Origin: Prasinococcaceae sp. CCMP 1430
Taxonomy: Eukaryota; Plantae; Prasinodermophyta
Length of the DNA: 27,777 bases
Direction: 5' to 3'
Assembly: GCA_013416795.1 (NCBI GenBank)
Contig: RQSC01000030.1
Span: 252,038-279,814, forward strand
Part shown: piece after piece, positions 18,359 to 27,170 of the stretch
How the letters are laid out: the number at the start of each line of letters is the position of its first letter
Numbering within the stretch: position 1 is the stretch's first letter
The notes under the pieces: model-generated
What the model saw: only the letters and a program-made list of their open reading frames with translations
Told to the model about the DNA's origin: nothing
Databases searched by the model: none
Program-made: the position numbers and the translations under genes

Positions 18359-18379
18359 GGGGGGGGGGGGGGGGGGGGG
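18359..18379. repeat. Poly-G tract (21 G) in a divergent intergenic region
   Basis: Directly visible. Confidence 0.9.
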
Positions 18380-18796
18380 CGGCGGGCACCCTCTCCTATG
18401 CCACCTATCCTCCCCTACGACGCGCACGCCTCGGCACTGTGCGTCGGCGGCAGCGCGGTACGGCAGCGGGAAGGGGCAGGGGGCCTCCCTGCAGCCCCCT
18501 CACTGGGCGCGCGCAGACACAGGCGCGAAGAGGCGCGCGGCGCGCGGCGCGTGCCCTTTCCTGACTGCGCGCGCCTGCGCTCTGGAAGGTGCGGGCCGGT
18601 CCTGTTGGCGCGTCGTCGCCACGGGGTGCGGAGCGGTGCGGGGTTGGGTGCTGTTGGGAGGGGAAAAGGCCGCGTAGGGAAGCACACGGGCATGCATACG
18701 CACGTGGGTTCACAGTCTCACACGCACGCGTGCGCGCGCGCGCGCGCGGTGCGCGTGTGCGGGCGCGCCCGCGCGAAACCGTTGTGCTGAGCAACG

Positions 18797-19681
18797 ATGC
18801 ACACCCGCGAGGTGGCGCTTTGCGTGCAAGGCGCCAAGGCGGCCGTGCACGTGCTCGTGTCGACGCCCGCGCCCACGCGGGGGTCTGGGAAAGTAGGCAA
18901 CCCGCAAGAGCCGTTCGTCGCGCTGCTGCTGCACGGCGCCGGCTGCGACGGCGCGTCGGGGGGAAACATGGACGCGTACGCGGCCGCGCTGTGCGCACGG
19001 GGTGGCTGCGTGGCGGTAGTGCGGCCACACATGCGTGGCACCTCCGTGCCCGCGCGGGCGCGAACCGCGCGCGGCGTGCTCGCCCTCGCGCGCACGAAGC
19101 TCCTCGGCGGCAAGCGCGCGCGATACGTGCTGGCGGGGCACTCGATGGGCGCGCGCGTCGCGGCGGCGCTCGTGGCCGCTCACGACGCTCGCACAGCGGG
19201 GGACGACGCGGCCGAGGAGGCGGTGCCGCAGCACGTCGGTGAGCTCAGCGCTGCGCTGCTTCTGTCTTTCCCCGCGACCAACGGCAAGGATCTGAGCAAG
19301 GTGCGCACCGAGCCTGCAGGCATCACGCGCACTCGCACCGCCTTCGTGCGCGGCACGGCCGATGCGATGGCGTCAGATGCGAAGTTCGACGGCCTCTACG
19401 CCTCCGTGCGCACGCCACACAAAGTGCGGCTCGACGTGCCCGGTGGCGGGCACGACCTCGGCATGAAAGGTGACCCGCGCGCCAAGTGCTTGGCGGAGGC
19501 GAAGCTGGAGGCGGCGCTCGACTTCGTTCTCGGAGGCGGCGAGGAGCTGCGCGGAGCGCCGACGGCGATCGGGGCGGCGACACACGCGGCAAAGCCGACA
19601 GGAACGAAACGAGCGCGCAGCTCGCCCTCTGCTCGTCCGAGCGTGGCAGCCAAGCGCAGCAAGAGCAAATGGGATGAGTGA
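18797..19681 (+). CDS. Alpha/beta hydrolase, TEX30/KANSL3-like
   Basis: LLLHGAG oxyanion loop; nucleophile GHSMG (19136-19150); LLLSFP; VRGTAD (Asp); GGGHDL (His). A complete Ser-Asp-His triad is inferred. Confidence 0.8.
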   Translation: MHTREVALCVQGAKAAVHVLVSTPAPTRGSGKVGNPQEPFVALLLHGAGCDGASGGNMDAYAAALCARGGCVAVVRPHMRGTSVPARARTARGVLALARTKLLGGKRARYVLAGHSMGARVAAALVAAHDARTAGDDAAEEAVPQHVGELSAALLLSFPATNGKDLSKVRTEPAGITRTRTAFVRGTADAMASDAKFDGLYASVRTPHKVRLDVPGGGHDLGMKGDPRAKCLAEAKLEAALDFVLGGGEELRGAPTAIGAATHAAKPTGTKRARSSPSARPSVAAKRSKSKWDE

Positions 19682-19817
19682 GACTTCGGAAACGATTACG
19701 AGAGCGGGTAGTCGGGCGTGGGTCTGAGCAGCCGCACCATCCTCTTCGTCGCGAGCTTGGCTTCCTCACCACGCGCGAGCAGCGCCCCCCCGTCCCCCCC
19801 AAGGCGATACCCCAAGG

Positions 19818-21782
19818 TCACTCGCCAATGAGGAGCTCCCTGTCTACCGCCTCCCTGAGCGCCTCGGCGGCGTCTGTGGCCTCCTCGAGTGTGCCGCGCA
19901 CGGCCTCGAGGTACCACTTCAGTTTGGGCTCCGTACCGCTCGCGCGCAGCGTGAGCTCGTCGCCGCCGGCCAGATAGTAGCTTATCATCAAGTCTCCGGC
20001 CGACCACGGCAGCGCGGGCTCGGCCGCGCTGCCGTCTGTGCACGCTTCGGGCGGGCCCTCAAGACCGCATCCCATGTCGCGCACGCGCACCACCTACGCG
20101 GGGACGGAAGGCACGCGAGAGAATGTCAGGCACCTGAACCTCGTGCCACGCGCCAGTTGTGGCACGCAGGATCCGACGGCTGCGCGGTCACATGGCGAGC
20201 GCTCTCTGGCGCTCTTCTCTGGCGCTCTTACCTTCTTGCCGCCGATCTCGGTGGCATACTTCGCGCGCAACCGCTCGAACGTTTTGGCATTATCAACAGG
20301 ATCGGCAACCACATAGCCCTGCCTGTGCTGATAGGCCCCGTATTCCTCGTATAGCTCGCCGAGGCGCCGCCGCACGGTCTTGCCCTCCTCGCGCAGCGCG
20401 TAGGCCATCTCGGTGAAGACCGCCGCCGCTGCCACACCGTCCTTGTCGGGCGTGAGCGCGTGTGGGAAGGCGAAACCGATGGCCTCCTCGAAGGCGAAGA
20501 GAACTGTGTAGCCCTCCGCCTGCAGCTCGCGAGCGCGGTTGCCCAGCCACTTAAAGCCTGTGAGCGTCTCATCGAAGCGAAGTCCCTCCTTGGCCGCGAT
20601 CGCGCCCAACATCTTGGAGCTCACCGTCGAGCCAAGAAGCGCAACACGCGACGGGTCGACGTCCGGATGTGCCGCGTGGTACTCACTCCACATCCATGCG
20701 GCGAGCAGCGTCGCAATCTCGTTGCCCGTGAATGACTCGTAGCGCGCGGTGGTGTCATCCCACTCGGCCGCGGCCAACCTGTCGGCGTCAGGGTCGTTGG
20801 CGAGCACCACGGGGACGCCCGCCTTGGCGGCGGCTTCGAAGGCCAGCTCCCACGTCTCAGCTCCCTCCTCTGGGTTGGGAAAGGTCACCGTCGGGAATTC
20901 CGCGTCGGGCTCGGCCTGACTCTCGACGCGTACTGCCGCAGGCAGCCCGAAGGCCTCGAACGCACGCGCGGCCCAGGGGCCACCCACGCCGTGCAGCGGC
21001 GTGTACGCCACCAGCGGCGCACGCGGGCTGGCAGCGCCACTCTTGCCACCGCCACGGAAGCGCAGCCCATCTGCCAGCGCCGCGTAGTACCCGTCGGCAA
21101 CGCTCGGCAGCGAGTCGAACACACCCGGGACCTCGCCGGCCGCCACAGCTTCGGCCGACGGGCGCTCCCACAGCGCCAGGTTGGCCTCGATTGCCGATGC
21201 TATGCCTTCGTCATGGGGAGGGATGATCTGGCAGCCGTTCCCCCAGTAAACCTTGTACCCGTTGTACTCCTTGGGGTTGTGGCTGGCCGTGACCATCACG
21301 CCCGCCGCGTGTCCGTTGGCCTGCACGGCAGCCGCGAGGAGCGGCGTGGGGCACCTCTCGCCCATAAGTGCAACGCGCCAGCCATGCGACGCAAACACGC
21401 CTGCAGCGACGCGCGCGAAGTGGTCCGAGTTTGCTCGCGCATCGTAGCCGATTGCCACGCCGCGCTCGCGGGCGACTTCCACGCCCAGCTGTGCCTCGGC
21501 ATACGCACACAGCCCCTGCGTCGTCTGCGCCACGACGACGGAGTTCATTCGGGAGAAGCCCGCGCCGCAGAGCCCGCGCAGGCCGGCTGTGCCGAAGGCA
21601 AGGCGCGAGCACATTCGCGCGCGCAGCTCCTCGCGGGCAGCACCGGCGTCGCTGTCGCCCTCTGCACGCGCCACGAGCGCCACCAGCTCCTCAGCTTCCA
21701 TTGATCCCTCTGAGGCGTCCATCTCGCTCCACTCAGCGAGCCGCGCGTCGAGCTCGGCGTCGGCGGGCCTGGCGACGGCCAT
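19818..21782 (-). CDS. PGM2-type phosphoglucomutase/phosphopentomutase, 2 exons (21782-20232; 20093-19818), ~608 aa
   Basis: RLAFGTAGLRG, catalytic TASHNPKEYNGYKVY, metal loop DPDADR, FEEAIG and C-terminal TLRASGTEPKLKWY in the second exon. The phase-0 join gives GGKK|VVRVRD. Confidence 0.92.
20094..20231 (-). other. Spliceosomal intron (138 nt) of the PGM gene
   Basis: Donor AAG|GTAAGA, branch CTGAC (20129-20125), acceptor CGTAG|GTG; removal restores the conserved PGM C-terminal domain. Confidence 0.9.
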
Positions 21783-21890
21783 GCACGTGTTCGCGCGCGC
21801 GCGCGCCCCACCGCGCTCGGCCAGGCGCGCCCCGCCGCCCACGCATGCGCCCACAGCGCGCGGGCGCGGACGCGAACGCCCCGACGAGAA

Positions 21891-21930
21891 CACCGCACCG
21901 CACCGCACCGCACCGCAGCGCACCGCACCG
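21891..21930. repeat. (CACCG)8 pentanucleotide microsatellite upstream of the PGM ATG
   Basis: Eight units, one of them the variant CAGCG. Confidence 0.85.
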
Positions 21931-22263
21931 CTGGGCACGCGCGCAGCGCCGCAGGCGTACCAGGTAGCCGCGTTGTTGGTATCGTGGCACGCGGCGGGTG
22001 GTGAAGGAGGCGAGCGTGGGCGAGACCTCGCCGCGGCGTGCGACGCGACGGTCGGTGGGTGGGTGGCGTCGTCGGTCGCGGCCTCCTGCGATGATGATGC
22101 CTTCGGCCGGTCGGGAGATATTTGGTTGGTTGGTTGGTGCGGCGAATGTACGGTAACGGGCGCTGCGGGCGCGCGGGCGGCGGTGGGTTGTTGGCGTTTG
22201 GAGGTCGGTTCCCCCGAACCGAACGTAACCGCAACCGCAACCGCCGCGGCGCGCAGATGCTCC

Positions 22264-22289
22264 GGGGGGGGGGGGGGGGGGGGGGGCCA

Positions 22290-22338
<49 letters not shown>
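22264..22338. repeat. Poly-G tracts G23-CCA-G49
   Basis: Directly visible; may be partly a sequencing/assembly artefact. Confidence 0.8.
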
Positions 22339-22340
<2 letters not shown>

Positions 22341-22391
22341 ACACGCGCGCGTCAGGGAGCGAGGGAGGGTCAGGCGCCGCCGCGCACGCAC

Positions 22392-23393
22392 CGAAGAGCG
22401 TCACGCGGCCGTCCCGCCAGGCGCGCCTCTCGCCGCCCACCTCGAGGAATAGCCGCCCCTCGTCGACGGCGGCGCGGGGCACGTCGATACCAATGTGCAT
22501 CGTCCATCTGCGATTGGTGGGCCCGCAGTGCGTGCGTATGTGCGTGCCGGCCTCGATGGTGGAGAAGCGCACGCGGAGCGGCGTCAGGCGGATGCCCTCG
22601 GATAGCAGCAGCCGAACGAGCCCGGTGGTCGCTGGGAGCTCAGCGACGCCATCGCTTTCGTCCAAGTCTTGCGGAGTCAGCGGGAAGAAGGCGCGCGGGT
22701 CAGCAGGTGCGGCTAGATGGCGGCCAGCCCGCGCGCGCGTGCTCTTCGGCGCGGCTTGCCGCCTCGTCTCGCACGGACTGCCCCATACCTTGCAGCGACA
22801 GGTGCGTCCACTTGCCCACGCCCGGAGCGGCCAGGCCCTCGGCCTCCTCGGGCGCCGCGTGCGCCAGCCGCGCGTGCTCCTCGCGCACTCGCGGCAAGAG
22901 CCGCTCGGCGGCTTTCTCGACGAGTTCCACCGCGGCTCGCACCTCGTGATAACCCTCTCTGTCGACCACGCCAGCCTCGAGCGGGAACGGCGCCGACGGT
23001 AGCCGCGTGTCCAGGCGCACGCCCGGCCGCTGGCGCGCGTCAGCGAAGAGTCCGAGCACCTCACCCTCCCGTGCAGCCTGGAGCGCACCGCCGGCGTCGC
23101 CCGCCCACGCGAGCGCGGTGCACAGACGCGAGCGAATGCGCAGGGTCGCGCCGCCGGCCGCGCGCTCAGCTGCGCGCAGCATATCCACAGCGGCGTGGGG
23201 GTCGTTTCTCAGATGGAGCGCGTCCTCAGCCGCCGCGAAGAGCTCATCCTCCGAACCCACCCTTGATGGGCCACCCCGCGCCGCATCGCATGCGGGCGAG
23301 CGCGCGGCTCGCGCTTCCGCGGACGTCGACGCGCGTGCACCCGAGCGCTCTCTCGCCGCCGACCGCACCGCCGGCTGCGCCGCGACCGCCGCG
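22392..23393 (-). CDS. Aspartyl/asparaginyl beta-hydroxylase (AspH)-family 2OG/Fe dioxygenase with helical TPR-like N-region; exons <23393-22789 and 22667-22392; 5' end in gap, last exon not found
   Basis: GLFADARQRP..LPSAPF, GKWTHLSLQ|DLDESD (spliced), RFSTIEAGTHIRTHCGPTNRRWTMHIGIDVP and VGGERRAWRDGRVTLF all align by eye to the AspH catalytic domain. Confidence 0.8.
22668..22788 (-). other. Spliceosomal intron (121 nt, phase 1) in the AspH-like gene
   Basis: Donor CAAG|GTATGG, branch CTGAC (22703-22699), acceptor GCAAG|AC; it joins two otherwise different reading frames into one AspH domain. Confidence 0.8.
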
Positions 23394-23509
23394 NNNNNNN
23401 NNNNNNNNNNNNNNNNNNNNNNNNNNNNNNNNNNNNNNNNNNNNNNNNNNNNNNNNNNNNNNNNNNNNNNNNNNNNNNNNNNNNNNNNNNNNNNNNNNNN
23501 NNNNNNNNN
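23394..23509. other. Assembly gap (N)
   Basis: 116 N; hides the AspH-like start. Confidence 1.
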
Positions 23510-23572
23510 ACGTTGACCGCGCCGCGCCGAGCGCCGCGCCGGCCGGCGGCGCAGCCTCGCGCAGCCCCCCTC

Positions 23573-23601
23573 AAAAAAGAAAAAAAAGAAAAAAAGAAAA
23601 A
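23573..23601. promoter_or_regulatory. Poly(dA:dT)-type tract in the AspH-like/RPN12 divergent promoter
   Basis: A-rich run AAAAAAGAAAAAAAAGAAAAAAAGAAAAA in an otherwise very GC-rich context. Confidence 0.45.
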
Positions 23602-23702
23602 TGCTGCCCGTGTCTGTCTGCGGCGCCCGGGCGGTCATTGGGGACCGCTGCGCGCCGGCGCTGCGGTCCCCGCTCCGCTCGCGTGCCCCTGCCCTGGCGC
23701 GG

Positions 23703-24635
23703 ATGGGAAAACGCCGCGCGCCGCCGCCGCGCCGCGCCGAGGGACGACGAGCGAGGGGGGGGAGTGGGGCGCGCCGACCAGCGGGTGTGGATTGGATAAG
23801 AGACGCTGCTCGGCGGGGAGGCGAGCGGGGCGAGGGCGCGGGGCGCGCGCTTCAAGACGTGGCCAAGGCGGTGGATGCGTTCAAGAAGGAGTTCAACAAG
23901 GCGGGGGCGGACCTTGAGCAGTGTGAGGACATGATCAGCGACATCAAGGTCAAGCTGCTGTCGTTCAAAGCGCTGCCGCCCTTCTTCGAGGCAAGTTCCT
24001 CGGCGCAGCAAGAAGTCGTGGTCGCGCGTGACGTGCTCGAGCACGCCGTGCTGCTTGCCGTGCGCGCGGGCGACGACGCGGCCTTCGAGCGCAACTACGC
24101 GCAGCTCCGCACATTCTACACCGATACGGCAGGCATGGCGCCCCCCAGCCAGCAGGAGCTACCTATCGTGGGCCTGAACCTGCTGCGCCTGATCGTGGCA
24201 AACCGCACCGCTGAGTTTCACACCGAGCTAGAGCTCGTGCCCCCGGAGAATCTCGACAGCGTGTACGTCAAGTACGTGGTGGCGCTCGAGCAGCGGCTGA
24301 TGGAGGGCGCGTACGCCAAGGTGCTGAGCAGCAGGCACGACGTGCCCATGGAGTACTACTCGACGTACATGGAGCCTCTCGCCAACACCGTGCGCGACGA
24401 GATCGCCAGCTGCTGCGAGAAGGCGTACGACAGCCTGACTGCGGCGGACGTGCAGAAGTTGCTCGCGCTGGCGTCGGACGCGGAGGTGACCGAGTACGCG
24501 GCGCAGGTGGGCTGGAAGGTGGACGGCGGCGTGGTGACCTTCGGCGGTGACAAGGAGGAGGGCGAGCGCATCCCGACCATGGCCCTCATCGGGAACTCCC
24601 TCGCATACGCCAGGGAGCTCGAGCGCATCGTCTAG
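23703..24635 (+). CDS. RPN12: 26S proteasome regulatory subunit RPN12 (PSMD8); start uncertain
   Basis: LPPFFE, ARDVLEHAV, AFERNYAQL, GLNLLRL..NRTAEFHTELE, LEQRLMEGAY, TVRDEIA.CCEKAY and terminal YARELERIV match plant RPN12. Homology begins near 23850; the nearest upstream in-frame ATG is 23703. Confidence 0.93.
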   Translation: MGKRRAPPPRRAEGRRARGGSGARRPAGVDWIRDAARRGGERGEGAGRALQDVAKAVDAFKKEFNKAGADLEQCEDMISDIKVKLLSFKALPPFFEASSSAQQEVVVARDVLEHAVLLAVRAGDDAAFERNYAQLRTFYTDTAGMAPPSQQELPIVGLNLLRLIVANRTAEFHTELELVPPENLDSVYVKYVVALEQRLMEGAYAKVLSSRHDVPMEYYSTYMEPLANTVRDEIASCCEKAYDSLTAADVQKLLALASDAEVTEYAAQVGWKVDGGVVTFGGDKEEGERIPTMALIGNSLAYARELERIV

Positions 24636-24671
24636 AGAGCAGGCCGCCGAGGGCCGCCGTGCGGCCACTCA

Positions 24672-24676
24672 TGTAA
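24672..24676 (+). terminator. TGTAA poly(A) signal for RPN12
   Basis: About 37 nt after the TAG stop. Confidence 0.55.
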
Positions 24677-24904
24677 TCGAACGTTGGCACCCCCGGCCAC
24701 GGTGGCGCTCGAGCGTGGCCGCGCGCGCGCGCGCGATTTGGTACTGGCGTGGTCCAACCTCGACTCTGTCACTATTACGCTCGTCGACAGGAGCAGGACC
24801 GCATTCATCAAAATTTGTTCGCCAGTCGTGGGCGTGCGCTCTCGGCAAGCGCTCTCCTCGAGGAGGCGCCTCCAGCGCGAGGCGGCGCATGTTTGTGGTG
24901 GATT

Positions 24905-26377
24905 TCATGCCGCTGCAACGACGCCCTCTGCAGCGGTGGCGCCCGCCTCGGCACCTTTTCTTTGCCCGACCTTGCCGAGCACCTCGTCGTCGGCGTCGAT
25001 GGGTGCGCCGCCCGCAACCTCGGCGCCGTTTGTGCGCGCCAGCGCGACCACCTGCGCGCCACCGGAAGATCCGGACGCCGCCCCGTCGCCGGAGCGGCGC
25101 TCGCTGTCGTCCTCGCCCAGCCGGGGGGCTTCGGGGGATCCAGCCCCACTGGTCCCGTTGCTGGCATTGCCTGAGTGATTAGTCCCCTTGCCCGCTGCCG
25201 CGGCGGCCGCCGCCGAGGCCTTGGCATCGGAGGCCGCGGAGCGCACCTCGACGTCCGCGACGTCCGCGAGGGCGTCGGGGCGGCCCTGCACCTCAGCCCC
25301 TCCCGTCTCACGCGCATCGCCCGCCCCGCTGCCGCGTGAGCCGGCAGCCTCCGCAGCCTTCGCAACGCTGGGCGCGAGGGCTCCGCTGCCTGCTTCCGCG
25401 GGCGCCGCTGCCGCCGCCGTCGCCGCCGCGGCGGCATCCGCTGGCCGTCGCGTCGCTTCGCCGCCCGCGGCGTCGCCGGCCGCGGCCGCCTGTGCACCAC
25501 CGGCCGCCGCGCTGCTCTTCCACAGCAGCTTGGGCCTCTGCGCGTCGTTTTTGGCCGAGTACAGGCCGCAGGCGTTGCACAGCGGGCCCCCGCCCTGCTT
25601 GTCCTTGCGCCAGAAGGGCGTGTTGGTGGTGCCGCAGTTTGAGCAGACCTTGGGCGGCCCGCTCGTCCTGCGGCGCCGCGTCGTGCGTTCGCGCGTTGCC
25701 CCGCTGCCCGAGCCGCCGCTGCCGGACGCAGGCGAGTCGCCGCCCGACGTTGCCCCGGCGCCCGGCGTCGCAGCGTTCGGCGAGGCGGCCTCCACCGCCG
25801 CCGCGTCAGCAGCGGCGCCCTTCTGGGGGGTCTTGCCCGCGCCGACCTTGCCTGCGCTCCCAGCGCTGCTCTTGCCCGATTGCCGCTTCCGCCCGGCCGA
25901 CGTCGCCCCGGCCGCCTGCGGCTGCGCCTTGGCCACCTTGGCCGCCACCTTTGCGGGCTTCACGGCCGCGGTGGCCTCCGCCTGCGCCCGCGCCGCCGAC
26001 TGCGCCCGAGCCTGTGCCTGCGCGACCGCCGCCTGCGCGTGGGGCGTCGGCGGTGCGGGCGGCGTCCACGCGCCGACCGCCACCTGCCCCGGCATCGGCA
26101 CTATCCCGCCGGGCGCCAGCATGCCCCCCATCGCAGCGCGCTGCATCTGCATGGCAGCGACGCTCGGAGGCACGCCGGCCATGCCGGGCGCGCCCATCAT
26201 GTGCTGGCTCATGTACATCTGGCCGGTGGCGGCCATCGCCTGACACCACATGAGGTACTGCTGCTGCTGCTGCTGCGCGTGGGCCTGCGCCGCCTGCGCG
26301 TGCGCCTGCGTGGGCGTCTGCTGTGCCTGCTGCTGCTGGCCCGGCGCGCCCGGCGGCGTTTGCGCCCACGCGGCCAT
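24905..26377 (-). CDS. GATA zinc-finger transcription factor (C-X2-C-X18-C-X2-C), ~490 aa
   Basis: CSNCGTTNTPFWRKDKQGGGPLCNACGLY (25568-25645); Gln/Met/Pro-rich N-terminus; basic RTTRRRR before the finger. The ATG at 26377 sits beside the gap, so the true start may lie further upstream. Confidence 0.88.
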   Translation of the reverse strand: MAAWAQTPPGAPGQQQQAQQTPTQAHAQAAQAHAQQQQQQYLMWCQAMAATGQMYMSQHMMGAPGMAGVPPSVAAMQMQRAAMGGMLAPGGIVPMPGQVAVGAWTPPAPPTPHAQAAVAQAQARAQSAARAQAEATAAVKPAKVAAKVAKAQPQAAGATSAGRKRQSGKSSAGSAGKVGAGKTPQKGAAADAAAVEAASPNAATPGAGATSGGDSPASGSGGSGSGATRERTTRRRRTSGPPKVCSNCGTTNTPFWRKDKQGGGPLCNACGLYSAKNDAQRPKLLWKSSAAAGGAQAAAAGDAAGGEATRRPADAAAAATAAAAAPAEAGSGALAPSVAKAAEAAGSRGSGAGDARETGGAEVQGRPDALADVADVEVRSAASDAKASAAAAAAAGKGTNHSGNASNGTSGAGSPEAPRLGEDDSERRSGDGAASGSSGGAQVVALARTNGAEVAGGAPIDADDEVLGKVGQRKGAEAGATAAEGVVAAA

Positions 26378-26387
26378 CGCCGCGGCC

Positions 26388-26742
26388 NNNNNNNNNNNNN
26401 NNNNNNNNNNNNNNNNNNNNNNNNNNNNNNNNNNNNNNNNNNNNNNNNNNNNNNNNNNNNNNNNNNNNNNNNNNNNNNNNNNNNNNNNNNNNNNNNNNNN
26501 NNNNNNNNNNNNNNNNNNNNNNNNNNNNNNNNNNNNNNNNNNNNNNNNNNNNNNNNNNNNNNNNNNNNNNNNNNNNNNNNNNNNNNNNNNNNNNNNNNNN
26601 NNNNNNNNNNNNNNNNNNNNNNNNNNNNNNNNNNNNNNNNNNNNNNNNNNNNNNNNNNNNNNNNNNNNNNNNNNNNNNNNNNNNNNNNNNNNNNNNNNNN
26701 NNNNNNNNNNNNNNNNNNNNNNNNNNNNNNNNNNNNNNNNNN
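26388..26742. other. Assembly gap (N)
   Basis: 355 N at the GATA 5' end. Confidence 1.
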
Positions 26743-27170
26743 CGATCCGGCGCGCGCCCAATGCGTTTCGATGTGCGCCCCCGCCGGCGGCCGGCCGCGC
26801 GCGCGATTGCGCCTCTATCCACGCGGGCGCGCGAAAAGCGCCAGGCGCGCGCGCGAATCCCCGCGCAAATCTCGGACGGACGGCGCGCGCCGACCAGGGG
26901 CTCTCATCGAGACCAGGCCGTCGATCCACCGATCGAGGTTCCCCCGACTGGCAGATCAACGCAGTCGGTCGGTCGGGGGAAGCTGGGATCGAAACTGGTG
27001 CGGACGCACGCGCGTGCCGCGCGCTCCGGACCGGCCGGCTGCCGGCACGCGCCAACACACCAGGGATGTGGATGTGCCTCCGAATGTTTGGTCCGAAAGT
27101 GCTCCGCGAAGTGCGTGATGACCACCCAACCAACCTGGTGTTGAACGGCGCGTGCCCAGGTGCGGCGGCG

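Noticed and set aside
20142-20166. 8-bp hairpin CGTGCCAC/GTGGCACG in the PGM intron
   Set aside because: Short GC-rich stem expected by chance; no other support.
22050-22075. DDATHP in a minus frame as the missing AspH DDSxxH exon
   Set aside because: It is preceded by CG rather than an AG acceptor, and the following sequence does not resemble the AspH C-terminus.
21783-22391. N-terminal 200 aa (poly-Pro) of ORF 20094..22391
   Set aside because: Read-through of the poly-C tract and microsatellites from a GTG. PGM homology starts at ATG 21782.
23571-23638. MTARAPQTDTGSIFLFFFFFFFE start of ORF 22700..23638 as a signal anchor
   Set aside because: It is the translation of the poly(dA:dT) promoter tract, and the frame across the N gap cannot be trusted.
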